A stretch of DNA of 64,000 nucleotides. Source: Octopus bimaculoides (Eukaryota). Below, in pieces: positions 40,301-54,400 of the stretch; positions within the stretch are counted from its first letter, which is position 1, and each line of letters begins with the position of its first letter. Location: positions 51,826,020 through 51,890,019 of the forward strand of contig NC_068991.1 of NCBI RefSeq assembly GCF_001194135.2, read 5' to 3'. The notes beneath the pieces were generated by a model, which was not told the DNA's origin, did no database searches, and worked only from the letters and a program-made list of their open reading frames with translations. The translations under genes were made by a program, and so were the position numbers.

Positions 40301-43300
40301 CGAAGTTTGCTTTAGAAGTGTTGAGATGTCTTAGAAAGTTAAAGAAGTGATTTTAAATTCTCATACGCAGGATAATGCTAATAATATAGCCTGAACAGGA
40401 TAAGCTGCCCCTATTTTGCAGAAAAAAGTGTTGGCGGCCGGCTATGAGACTCNNNNNNNNNNGTTTAGCTTAATGGTTTAGAGCACCACGACGCGTAATC
40501 ATGGAGGTGTGAGTTCGAGTCTCATAGCCGGCCACCAAAACTTTTTTTCTGCAAAATAGGGGTGGCTTATCCTGTTCAGGCTATATTATTATTATATATA
40601 TATATACACACACACATACATATACATACACACACATATATATATACGCACATATTTATTCACTGACATTTGCTCACACACATCTATCTATTCATATATC
40701 TTTATATATACACCACAAGCATATAAACCAAGTAATAACCTACTAATAACTGTCCAGTCTTGGTGAAGACATGACAATCTCTCTCTAGCACCAGTTTCAT
40801 GATAAAATGTATTCAGTACACTCTGTAAGATGGTCAATGAATGAATGAACATACAACAGAAACCAAACCAAAAAAACAAATGTGCCCCCACCCCCACCAA
40901 TATGTCTAGGAAGGCAGTAACTCCAAATGAACACTAACCCAAATTGTTGGAAACCGTCCAATCCATACCAGCAAGGAAAGTGGTCATGTATTGATGATAA
41001 ATTAATGATAATGATGCACACATGCATAGTTACATACAAATATGCATACAAACAAATGGCACATACACACGCACACGCACACACACACACAGTAAAATAA
41101 CTATAAAACTTTTATCTTCAGAAGTATACCATGAAATATCAGAAAGTAGTATTTATTTTTTTGTGCAAGAATCCATAAATTTGAGTTTGAATTAAGACTC
41201 AATCTTATAATAGATGTTCTTTGAGGTTCTGTATGTCTTTCCATATATTTGCTAAAGTGTGTGTAGAAAAATTTGAAGCTATATATACACACTTTTGTCC
41301 ATATTTCTTCAAATAACAAGATTGTCAATTTCTAATATCGCTGTACTTACTTTACATAAATAAACCTTGTTTTCATATTGATGTTGGTATTGACAGTTTC
41401 TTCCCTTCTCTGTCTCATGAGGTAAATGATCCAGCTCATGGTTCATACTTCGAATACATCGGGTGCTGAAAAGAGAATAGTAAAACTTGTACTAAAAGAA
41501 GTCACCTCAAAAAGTTCTGATATTCTCATATGACAAGTCTGCTGAATGCAGCTTAAGTAAAATGTCATGAAATACAACTTAAAAAAGATACCAGTTGTAA
41601 TAAATGGACAAAAGAATGAAGACAAAAGAATCTACAGGAAAAGGTTCTTACCTACAAGAAAGACATTTTGAAGTACAAGTGAAGTACTGGTCTGGGAATG
41701 TGAGGGCATCTGGTTTTTCTATTTCTCCACTAAATTTACCATTCAGAACCTTTTTAAGAACATAAATATACAATATTTAGAAAGGACTCTGGACAGATAT
41801 ACATGAAGTGTTTGCTCAAATAAGAACCATGATTCATCATCATCATCATCATTTAATGTCCGTTTTCTATGCTGGCATGGGTTGGACGGTTCGACTGGGG
41901 TCTGGGAAGCCAGGAGGCTGCACCAGGCCCCAATCTGATCTGGCAGTGTTTCTAAAGCTGGATGCCCTTCCTAACGCCACTCTCTGTATTTATTTGAAGC
42001 AAAAAATATCTGCAAAAGATTCAAGAAGTCTCTAAATAATTTAAAGAAGAACAGTAATCCCTCGACTATCGCAGGTGCTATGTTCCAAAACCCCCCACGA
42101 TAGATGAAAATCTGCAAAGTAAAAACAGTACTGTACTGTATATTTTTTATTATTTTTATAATTTCGATGTAAGCTTAATAATAAACCACGATATGGTGAG
42201 GGATTACTGTACTCAATCTAGAGATAAGTTTTTTATTCTTTTATGCGTTTCAGCCCAAGGGCCGTGGCCATGCTGGGGCACTGCCAGTAAAAATAGGTTG
42301 CCCTGAAGTAGAGAGCAATGCCCATATGCATTACAAAGATCAAATGATTTCTCTTCTCCTTGTCAAGGGGAGAACTAACCATCTCTTATTTTTCGCAACA
42401 GTATCAAAAAGTCTGAGAATGGAATGACCAGACATTTAAGTCAGACTTAGAAAATGAAAAAAGACAGGGATCAGATTTCACTAAGAAATGAAGTAATTCT
42501 CTAGAGAGAGAGAGAATGGCATGGTAAACAAAACACGAGTTTAATATACGTATATGGTTCTGTAGTTGTCTTGGAGAACCTATGCCAGAATGGAAGATGG
42601 ACATTAAAAGAGGATGCTGATGAGCTTGACAGTAAACAACAAATGTAAATAAATATAGATACCCTGCCAAGGGTGGTCACAAGTTGGAATGTGTGATTAC
42701 ATTAATAATTCTTAACCTCATTTTAAGACATAAACAGAAGATGCGAAGAACACAACTAGCAAGGATATAGTAATATTTCAATATATATTTTATATCCAGA
42801 CTATGTAAAAGAGAGAGAGTGTGTGTGTGTGTGCATATGTATATGTATGTAAGATCAACTTACTTTAAGAACTTTGAATATAATCTCCGGTTTCCTTGGT
42901 GACCTGATCGATCGATTATTCAATTGTTCCTGAACAACTCTGCGTAAAACCCCAAAATCTGTAGGTGGCACCTGCGTTTGAATGCCAACATATTTCAGAT
43001 CACTAAAGCTTTCAAAACTGCAATCTAACTTTTTGAATCGTTCTCTCAGAGCCATTTCAATTGGATTGCCATCTAGATATAAGAATTAAGAAACAGGAAA
43101 ATGCGATTTCATCAAAGATTATCATAACAAAATATCAATAAGTCATTTAAATAGGATATGCAAAGGTAGGCATCAAAATCTATACACAAGAATGAAATAG
43201 AAAAGAAGGAAAGATATGAAAAGAAATTTTTTTTAAATGTTCCATGAACCTAAAATTTGAAGCATTTGTATATTGTGTGTGTATGTATGTATGTGTATGT

Positions 43301-43304
43301 AAAG

Positions 43305-43336
<32 letters not shown>

Positions 43337-46300
43337 TTCGTTTATATTTATATAAGGGCATTACTACAGAATAATGCCACACAACAGACTTCCCAAATAA
43401 ACACATTTTAGTACCGAATGCGAGGAAAGCAACTATCAGAAGAAACCAACTTTCTTTTAAATAACTCAACTATGTATCGACCGATTTTGCGATTACTACA
43501 ATGAAATCTAGTTTCCGTTTTTTAGTAATCGCGAAATCAGTCGATACATAGTTGAGTTATTTAAAAGAAAGTTGGTTTCTTTTGATGGTTGCTTTCCTCG
43601 CATTCGGTACTNNNNNNNNNNNNNNNNNNNNNNNNNNNNNNNNNNNNNNNNNNNNNNNNNNNNNNNNNNNNNNNNNNNNNNNNNNNNNNNNNNNNNNNNN
43701 NNNNNNNNNNNNNNNNNNNNNNNNNNNNNNNNNNNNNNNNNNNNNNNNNNNNNNNNNNNNNNNNNNNNNNNNNNNNNNNNNNNNNNNNNNNNNNNNNNNN
43801 NNNNNNNNNNNNNNNNNNNNNNNNNNNNNNNNNNNNNNNNNNNNNNNNNNNNNNNNNNNNNNNNNNNNNNNNNNNNNNNNNNNNNNNNNNNNNNNNNNNN
43901 NNNNNNNNNNNNNNNNNNNNNNNNNNNNNNNNNNNNNNNNNNNNNNNNNNNNNNNNNNNNNNNNNNNNNNNNNNNNNNNNNNNNNNNNNNNNNNNNNNNN
44001 NNNNNNNNNNNNNNNNNNNNNNNNNNNNNNNNNNNNNNNNNNNNNNNNNNNNNNNNNNNNNNNNNNNNNNNNNNNNNNNNNNNNNNNNNNNNNNNNNNNN
44101 NNNNNNNNNGATGGATGTGTAATGTCAGTGTGCATACTAGACAGAGCGTAAGTACCTTGAGAGAAAAGTTGAACCTAAGAAGTATCAGTTGTGGTGTGCA
44201 AGAGAGACTATTGCGCTGGTATGGTCATGTGGTGAGAATGGATGACGATAGCTGTGTGAAAAAGTGCCACTCCCAAGCAGTTGAGGGAACCTGTGGAAGA
44301 GGTAGGCCCAGGAAGACTTGGGATGAGGTGGTGAGGCACGACCTCCGAACATTGGGCCTCACCAAGGCGATGACTTCTGACCGAGACCTTTGGAAATATG
44401 CTGTGCGTGAGAAGACCTGGCAAGCCAAGTGAGGCCTAAATCCAGGGCCTCTGCCATAGAGCACATCTCACACCCATATCGACTATTTCTAAAAGGCTGC
44501 GCTTTCCTTATAATATCCCATTTAAGACTAAATTCAATTCCACTTTCCTTCAGTTCCCAAATCTTGCTAGATAAGGACATACAATAGGCCTTATGTTCGA
44601 GCCTAAAAGATGAAAAATGGTTACTAATACGTTTTTTCATATTCATTGAACATCCTATATATACAAAGTTACCAGCTACAGTTGTGATTGTACACTTATA
44701 GATTACGTTTTGGGTTAGACATCAGCCTAATAATTGACAGTGGGATTTAACTCTATAATTGCAACTAGGAGAAATACTACTATTAATATTATTGATATTC
44801 ATACCATTATTATTATTAATATTACTATTACTAATAATTCCTACTACTACTGCTGTATGTGTTATTTTCACATCTGGTATTATCTCTCCATTTTCCAACT
44901 ATATATATATCTCACTTTTTGCCTCCCCTTCTCCAATCTTTTATCTAATGTCTCTTGAAAATTTTTGGGGAAGGGGACTAGTCGATTACATTGACCCTGG
45001 TGTTTGACTGGTACTCTTTCCATTGACCCCAAAAGGATGAAAAGGCAAAGTTGACCTTGGTGGAATTGGAACTCAGAATATAAAGACAGACAAAATACCA
45101 CTAAGCATTTCACCCAGCATGCTAACGACTCTGCCAGTTCGCCACCTTGCTAGTATTACATAATGATTATGTCACATAACTACTTGAACCATACATATAA
45201 AATGCATTCAAAATATACTTGATTTTCAAATAATAAATTAAGATATATAAAGATGTTGTTCTTCTTCTACTTCGCACATGCTTTTGTATTTTTATATATA
45301 TATATATCTTTTTTCCCCTCTTTTGTGTATTTTTTTTTTTTGTACGTATACTTGTAAGAAAAAATCTTTTGCTATTTAAGCAACCAATAAAACATACATT
45401 TTTCAAGTCAAGATTGTTTGCCAACATAACATGGCAGTCCTGATTTAGGAAGAATGTTGCTGTAATTTAACCCCAGTAAACATCATCTCCAGCTGGCTAT
45501 ACAACACGATCTGTGTCCTTATATTTTTGAACGAGGGAATCTAGCACCCCAACTCAGCTCATAACAATATCTGAGTATCGCGATTTCCAGGTTATTTCCT
45601 TTCATCAGCACAGAATAATTGTTCGGCTAGAGGTGGCACTGCCAAATTCCCGTTCGAAATACATTGTTTTCAAAGTGACAACTGGTCACTGATCTTTATT
45701 TTTATTATAATTATTATTTTAAGAATCCAGTCAAATTTAGAAAAGACTATGTTTACCTGTCCGTAAAACTTTGGTATGCATGGTTTCATGAAAGATGATT
45801 ACACTTGGTCCCATAGTAGAGAGGGAGAGGTTCAAATTGCACCGTTTATTCGCTGCTTTCAGCTCTTCTGCAAAATGTTTCCCATATGCATTAGAAGCGT
45901 CACCGAGAAAGTAAAAGAGATCATTGTGCAGGCGCTCAGCACGTGTTCTGTAGATAACAATGTCAGAGACAGCAAGGACTTTGAGTAGAAGGCGTGTTCT
46001 TTGGTTTTGGTTTTTTGTCACACCCAACATACCTTCAGTGTCTATGATTACTGCTTTGTTTATTGGATCATAAGCTGCCCAAACTCCTATGGTGCAGGAG
46101 TCCTGAGATGTTGAAGTTGGAAACACCTCTTTACCATGGAAAAAAGTGTGGTTGAGTGTATGAGATTTGCCATCACCAGTGTTGCCAAATATAGAAATAA
46201 CTTTCACAAGACAGTTTACGTTACATCCAAGTCTCTTAAGTAGATCTTCCTCACTTTCAATCTGAAAAAGATAAATGGTAAATAAAAATATATATAATGA

Positions 46301-48438
46301 ATAAAAAAATATGTAATAAAAATAAGGATGATGAAAATAAGTTAATTCTACGTTATTTTTAATGACAAAAAAGAAAAAATCCAAAATTATGATTCTATAG
46401 TGAATACTGGGTTCTATGGACTAAGACCCCTGCCTTGTGTTTTCAAAGAACAGATGATGAGATTTTGTGACAGTTATGTCTTTTCCAAATGGCATTATTT
46501 GGTTCACCATAAGCCAATCTATTGTTACATTATCAGAACTCCTGATAGATAAATAATTCTGAAAGCTGATGAAACCACTTACTTTTAAATACAAAGATGG
46601 AGTATGGTCATATTAAAGTTCCATAACACCAAATAGGATATATAAATGTGAGATGTACACCTAGTAAAAATTAAAGACTAATATTAAGCCAGTTTACCTG
46701 TAGTTTAAATAGTGACTAAGATTTGCAAAAGCAGGGAGGCATTTGAATTATATAGAGAAGCTTTGAAATATTGATTTCAAATTTTGATATAAGGCCAACA
46801 TTGACCCCAGTGCTCGACTGGTACTTATTTTATCAATCCCAAAAGGATGAAAAGCAAAGTCAATCTCATTAGAATTTGAACATAAAGATGGACGAAATTC
46901 TGCTAAGTACTTTTCCCAGCATATTCATGATTCTGTCAGCTTGCTGCCCAAGGATGTTTAATGTTTAAATATTAGCTGCAAATTTTGGCAAAAAACCAGC
47001 AGTTTCAGAGTTGACTGCATCAACTTCAATGTTCAACCAATACTTACTTTATCGATCCCAAAAGGATGAAAGGCAAAATTGACCCCTTCAGCATTCAAAC
47101 ACAGAATGTAAAGATGGATGAAATGCTGTTAAGCATTTTGCCCAGAACACAAAAATTTCTGCCAGCACACTGCCTAAAGACTTTGAAAGATTAAAAGTAA
47201 ATAATTTGAAATGGTTTAAAATGAATAAATATGATCCTCTTGACAGATTTTTCCAAAATCTTCCATAAATTCATAGGCTACTTGTTTCTTGATTTTTTTT
47301 TTAAATCTCAAAAGTACCTTAACCTTTTTGATACCAGTTTAAATCTGCTAATTTTCAAGTCTTCTGACTTAAACTTTCAAAGTCATTTTATGTAAGAAAC
47401 TTTTATACTTCGAAACACCAGCTTAATAATGAAATAGCTATTTTACTAAACCACTCCCATCAAAATAAATACACAGTGCATTTTTGAAGAATTAAGCACA
47501 TGGAAAGGTTAGGGAAAGGGCTATATATTCAATGGCACCTTTCTAAGTTGGAACATCTACAGAGAATGCAAACTCAATACATAATCCTTAACTGTTAAGT
47601 AACACGTTGAATAGCTAAATGTTGAATAGCTAAAATAAATACTTCTGACTAGGCTGCTATCTGGTTGCATCATACCTTTATTTAGTGTTATTTAATATTT
47701 TTAAAACCACCTGTTTTCCAGAAGTGCACCTATTGTGAAGCAAATTATTTATAGCATAGACTCTTTAGTGGAATATTTTATAAGGGTATTGGGGACAAAG
47801 GGGCAATAGATACATCTAGGTGGTTAGTCTTTGTCTCCTAATTAAATATCAACCTGATAAAATTTTAAATGCAATATTACAATAAACTGCTTGTTAACAA
47901 CAATCAGAATAGCAATGACAATGACAACAATAAGACTTTGAAGGTTAATATGCAAATAAACAAAACTGAATATATACAACCTTTGCATGTAAACTATAAA
48001 TAACTAAAATATTTAAAAATACACTGTCAGTATTCGTGGGTATTTCCATACATGCAACAAAATAACATTCTGGTGTGTGTGTTGAAAATATATTAAATCA
48101 GAAAATAAATAACTTTCACCTGGAATCCATGTATTAGAGATTGACCAGATCTACAAGCTAATGGTTGGTGGGGTGGGGGGCATAACTAAAAGTCAAGTGG
48201 TGGTGCATCAAATACTCACTTATAGTAGGGGTGGGGTGATATGGAAATGAGTCACCCATGTCAAACTTGTAGTGCCCAGAACTAAATTACTCTGGTCTGA
48301 TATTATGTGAAAGTACACTAAAAATGAGGGGAAGGGGAGGGGGCACTGAATCATAACAATGAGCAACATTTAAAAAGTGTTCACAGAAGAAAAGGGGTGA
48401 TTAGTTAAAAATGTGAGACACACTGACATAGACAGTCT

Positions 48439-48475
<37 letters not shown>

Positions 48476-51400
48476 TCTTTATATTAAATCTGTACTAATA
48501 TTTTAATTTAATTAATGTAAACAATACTAAATTTTATTGTTATATAACATTAATATAATCATTATGTCTGTTATTATTCTAAAATTCAGTTGATCGGTCA
48601 AGTTTTCTCAACACACATTCACGCTACTTGTGAAGGTTTTGTCATCTCTTTTGAGGGACTCAATCACTAGAGATGAGCTTTTTTCACTTCTTCTCATGTC
48701 TTGATCTTCTTCTTCTGGAGGTTTCTTCCATTTAAATTACTTGGCAGCACTTCTTTTATTTAACTGTCCTATATGCAAAACACACCCAAACTAGCTTTTT
48801 TTTTTCATTTGCCGGTTCTGAAGGAAGGCACAACTCCCAGAGTCTCCTAGACCAGTGAGATTGATGCCGTTACTGTTTTACTTAAACCATTGGAAGTCAA
48901 CAGCTGCAGGCAAAATATGACAAGCAGAGAGGAAATTCCAGAGAACCGACACCCTGGGAAGGAAGGACCAGACCATGCTTAGGGATTAGTGTGGAACCTG
49001 GGGGAAGGGAGGGCATCACACGAGTGATGGGAGGAGGAGAGACAAGTAGGACACAGGTGACATGGACACAGGAGCAGAGACCATTATGTTAACAGTAAAA
49101 AAAGGTAAAGAGAGGAAACTTGGTACCTGCAGACCTGAGGTTGGAGTGTGTTTGTGAGTGACTTTATTATTAATCAATTAGGTGGCCCTTTTCGAGATGC
49201 AAGTCAAGGATGTCTATGTGAGCAGCAGTAGCACCATCGTCCCAGATATGAGAGCAATGCTCCATTGTATCCCCCCCCCCTAAATTTTGTGTTATTAATT
49301 GTTAATTACTTCTTACACCCATTTTTGCTCTATCATTCATGCACACCAAACACACATATCCAGCAGACCATGCTAAGCTCATTTGTTTCCAGAATTCACA
49401 CAGCTTTTTTATTCAAAGGCTATGGTTCATTATTAAGCAGCATTAAACTTTTGTGTACAGACATCAGATAATTAAGACTTCACTTCATAAGAGAATCCTG
49501 TTAGTTACCAGAGGTAACAATTCTTTCAGCTTTTAATGTCGTCTCATTCTTATTTTGGCCATTATGTTTCTGAAAACTATGTTGACAATGTGTCTAAATA
49601 TTACATCAGTAGAATGTATGTAGAACTTAATGACAGACTCTTACTCGCATGTACTTATATGCTGTTGTTGTTGAAGCTCTTGTTGTCTTTTCTTGTTTTC
49701 CCCAAATTGAGCAGCTATTTAAGAAAACGCTACATCATAAATTGTTTTGAATACAAATCATAAAATCTAATTTCATTTTTCAAAAATTACTGAACAGAAG
49801 TAGAGCAGAATAGCTATTCACTATTTCTATTGAAATTATTTACAAGTCATCTATGTTTAAAACTCTCTCTGCTGAAAATTAATATTAACATACACTTGTT
49901 CATAAAAATAATCTTGAATGAAGAGGCTATAACACTTTACCTCTATACCGTGGTGAAAACTGACACTCTCTTTTATGGTGTAAACATCTATGACAAAGAT
50001 ATTTCTGCTGCTACTCATCTGATAAGGGTACAAGCACATGCATCACAACCATATGTGTGCAACATAGTAACCTCATAGTGAAAAAAACAGCACCTGACCT
50101 TGCAGGTGGAACCCAGTTAGTATTTTCTTCAGGTTGACTAGCCCATCCCACTCAAAAGGTCCCTCAATAAGGGTTGTTTTAGGATGAATGAAACATGGGT
50201 GTTTCATTCATCCTAAAACAGAATTGTACATATCGTCAGCCACTAAAAGACATGCTCAACTGGTTAAGGTCAAGCAAGTGACAAGCAAATCTGTGGTATT
50301 GAGCAGAATATTTGCTGTATCCCACCATTTACACCAAGATAAAACATGTACATGTTCACACATCCAATCAGTCAAGATCAAAAGCCACAAGAGCCACTGC
50401 CTGGTAGGGGCCTATCTTGAATGCTAGAAATTGTACATGTGCCCTACTGATCATGTAATCATGTAAATGTTAGATAGCCACCATGACAAGTATAAGTTGT
50501 TATTAATCAAACTTTCCAGACAATAACAAAGCCTCTCTGCTCGCTTTGCTATCTAATTAGTTCTAAGGGGAGGTCCCATCACCATTGGCGTGACAAAAGA
50601 TGGGTCTGAAAATATTATGAAGATGCTGGAATGTAGGTAAATAGATGTGGGTTATCAATGGGAATATTCCAGAGTGAGAGCGTGTCTGTAATATTGTTCA
50701 CCATCTTGGCATTGAACCCTGTGTCAACACTGTTACAGAAATACCAGGGGCTTCAGAGAGGTTACTACCCACACGGAAACACCTAAATTGCTTGCTTCTG
50801 GACTGTTGCAATCAGCTTTAATTTCAATGCAGAAAGTTTTTTATCTGATCCTGCATTACATGCAAATTGCAGCTTTGTGGGGTTTTGGTGTCACTGGAAT
50901 AGCTAATCCAGCTGGATTAACAAAGATTTCAGTTTTGCCCTTGTTTACCACCCCTCATACTGATGGCTGCACTAGGAGTACTGTGGTCTTTGTTCCTTCT
51001 AAACAGCTTCCAGTACATCTCAATAGGAATTCCAAGACCATCACAAAGAAGACTTGAGAAATAGTATGCTCCATCATGATGCTTATTTCTAGTGTCTGCC
51101 AGTTGGTCATGAATTCCTATTAATACTGAACTAAGATGTAAAACTATAATCATCATTTAATGTCTGTTTTCCATGCTGGCATGGGTTGGACAGTTTGACA
51201 AGACCTGGAAAAGTTGGGAACTGCACCAGGCTCCATTGTCTGTTTTGGCTTGGTTTCTACAGCTGGATGCCCTTCCTAATGCCAGTCACTTTATAGAGTG
51301 TACCAGATGCCTTTTATGTGGCACCAGTGCATTTTACAAGCCACTAGCACCCACCAGTGAGAAGCAAAGAGGCCAATTCTTTCTCATTCGTTTATGGAAC

Positions 51401-54400
51401 ATTAATCATATGCATTTTGCAGGTCAAACTAAATAACATGAAAGGCTCTTTTTTTTTTTTACCTTTCTTAGAATGCTGAATGAAGTTTCAAATCATCTGG
51501 ATGTGCTTAAAACAACCTGGAAATCCTAAGACATCAGCTTTCTGAATCACTATAGATGAGGCATGCGTCAGACGTGCAAACTATTTAGTGTGGATTCAAT
51601 ATTGCCAGTGTTAGTTTGAAGGAATATTTCTGTGTATGTAATCCTATCTTGCCAGCTGACACTGAAAGAATCTGGAAACACTGGATAAATAAGGCTGCCT
51701 TAATAATGTGTTGGTTGTATGTGGTCCAGGTCTTGCACACATATAAGAAAAATTGGAAATATACAGGTTGCTCAGTAGACGGAGATTTTGGTATGGTGGC
51801 TAAGATAATTGTTTCTTTCAATCCTTTCTTTTAAGCCTTTCAAAAGGTGCAATGACCTGTTAAAGGTGGTTCTGAATCTCCTCACCCAATATTTTTCACC
51901 GTACATTTGAATGAACCAATGAACAGTCATTCAAAATGATGATGCCAAGATATGTACAGTGGGAGACTGTAGTTTATTAATGTTGTCGTACCAAAGAGAG
52001 TAGGACAGGAGGACGGTACAGCATGTCATTGACACTCTTTCATAAGTTATGGCTGCTAGAGCTATAAAAGCACAGCATACTATAGTTCAATAATCTGTTC
52101 AGAGCTGAGCTTGGTGATCTGCAGCTTTCTGCTGTTTAAAGTTCCTGTTGAATCAGAAGTTAATAACGTCTTCCCATCCTTTTTTTCCTATTTTGAGTAA
52201 TGGCAGCATCGTCACATAAATGAATACATTAAGTCAATTGTCATCTAACTTTTTCGACCATTGACCCCCTTTAGTCACTTCTTCCACATCGACCACCCTC
52301 CTCATTTAGAATATCATAATACCCTACCCTACCGTACTATATATTAAATGTGTACTGGGTACTGATGCTGGCAATTAAAATGTTAGCTAAAATATACATG
52401 TACGACAAATTAAGAAATTCTATTGAAGATGACACACTTATTACATTTAAAACTACGTGTACAAGTATACAATATTAAACTTTCAATTTTTGTGAAATTG
52501 TTTTCACAGTTAGAAAATGTGAAAAACGCATCATATTTGCTGGAATATCTTTTATTGAAATTGACAACATCAATATGAGGGGTGAGCATGGCGCTAAGTA
52601 TTTCAGGCAGTTCATCTGGGTGAGCTGGTCTTTTGCATGCCGACCCCGCCACTTCAACCCCTTGGCTATGATTGACCCCCTGTAATTCCTCGCTGACCCC
52701 TAGGGGGTCCCTAAGACCCCCTTTGGTGACCCCTGCATTAAACAGTCCAGGAGCCAGCATGTAGCCAAGCCTGGAACTGATTTCTACCTCATAACTGTTA
52801 AACTGTCAGAGGCAATCTGACTGAGAACATTTCATACAATTTTTCTATTTACAATTTTAAAAGCCTTTTACAGATCCACAAATGCAACGAACAGAACTGG
52901 ATGTTATTGCTTGCATTTTTCTCAAAGCTGCCTTGACTGTGGATCAGCTACAGCAGATACCACACAGTGACTTACGTGTGATATTTTCTAATATTAAAGC
53001 AGTTTTTCTAATCTGTTCTTAGCTAACTTGGAGGAAACAGATTTGTCTCTTTTGTTTATGTAGTGACAATGTTAGTCGTTTCAACATTGATTTATGTTTC
53101 TCTTGGTTCCATGCTATCATAACGTAGTGATGAAGTACTCTTGTGTATAGATAGCCGTTGCTCTTTCAAGATCTCAGCTAGACTGTTGTACGATCCAGAT
53201 TTTCGAATGTTCAGCGTTTTTGTTACAGCACTAACTTCAGCAGAGGTTGGTGGCTCATATCAGTGGTAGATTATGAGTATTTCCCAAAATTCTCTCTGGC
53301 TGGAGTCACTGGTTTAGGAATTGGTTGACAGGTTTTCTCCAATGATCTACTGTCAATGGGAATTTGAATTTTTTAAGGTTTTCAATTTATCATTCATATG
53401 CGCACACACACAGCAAGATGATATCTCTGGAATAACTTTGAAGCTAAGGAAAAAAAAAAGGTTGTGAAGGGGGAGGGTGGATTGAAAAGAGGAAACGGGG
53501 GGGAAACGAAGAGGGACAGAGGAAGGAAGAGGGAACAAAGACAGGAAGGAAAGATAGAAAGAATGACGGTAGGGGGATGAAGGGAGGGAGAGGGGTACTG
53601 GAGGGAATGAAGGAAGGAAGAATCGAAGAAAGTGAAAAAAACAAAAATAAATAATAAAGGAGTGAATGAAAAGTATAAACAAAGCAAGAAATATACAAAA
53701 GAAAAAGAGCGAAATAAAAACAGAGTAAAAGAAAGGGAAAGAGAAAAAGCAATTTAACAAGAAAATAAGTACGAGAGAAAAAAGACGGAAAACAAAAGAA
53801 AATATTAGGTAGAAAAAGACAGAAGAAAGAAAAGAATTTTACTCGGGTTGTTGATATTTATGTTTGTTTATAATATTTACCATTTGAATGGAAATATGGC
53901 TTTGAAGTGTGGCTCAACTCCGAGGAAACCAGGGCATTTAACAGAAAAGCCTTCCCTCAAAGAAATGTGGAGACAAATACCAATGATGTCGATAGACAGG
54001 CAAAAAGGAGAGACATAAATTAATTCTGTAAACACTTGTTAAATTGGAACAATTAGGAGCGAGAAAATCTTATTTGGGTCACCTGAGAATAAACAGTATA
54101 AAAATAATGTTAGATATTCTGAGACGGTTGAAAGAGTGCAGTAGGGTAAAATAAAATAAATATTTTAAGAAAACATAAGCGTTCGATAAGGGAGCCCTAA
54201 TACAGAAATATCACTTAGTTTGTTAAAATATTACACACTGAGGGGAAAAAAACATCGAAGAAACTAATCGAAAAGTCCATTTTATATTGGAAGCTTTGTT
54301 TACTATGTAGATATAGAGTAAGGAAAGGCGAGAGGAAGAAGAGCTGTTATCATAGAACATATCAGATAAACAAAAATAAATATCAGTAAATCGATGAGTA

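Noticed and set aside
40688-40900. Apparent extra ZFYVE1 exon (cttacAG|SVLNTFYHETG..)
   Set aside because: No ZFYVE1 similarity; the sequence is a decayed RTE 3' UTR-type repeat, and the gene model is complete without it.
43233-43611. Two copies of a signal-peptide-like ORF MSYLKESWFLL
   Set aside because: They are the two arms of a DNA inverted repeat.
53353-53760. Hydrophobic Phe/Leu/Ser-rich ORFs
   Set aside because: Translation of a purine/pyrimidine low-complexity tract.
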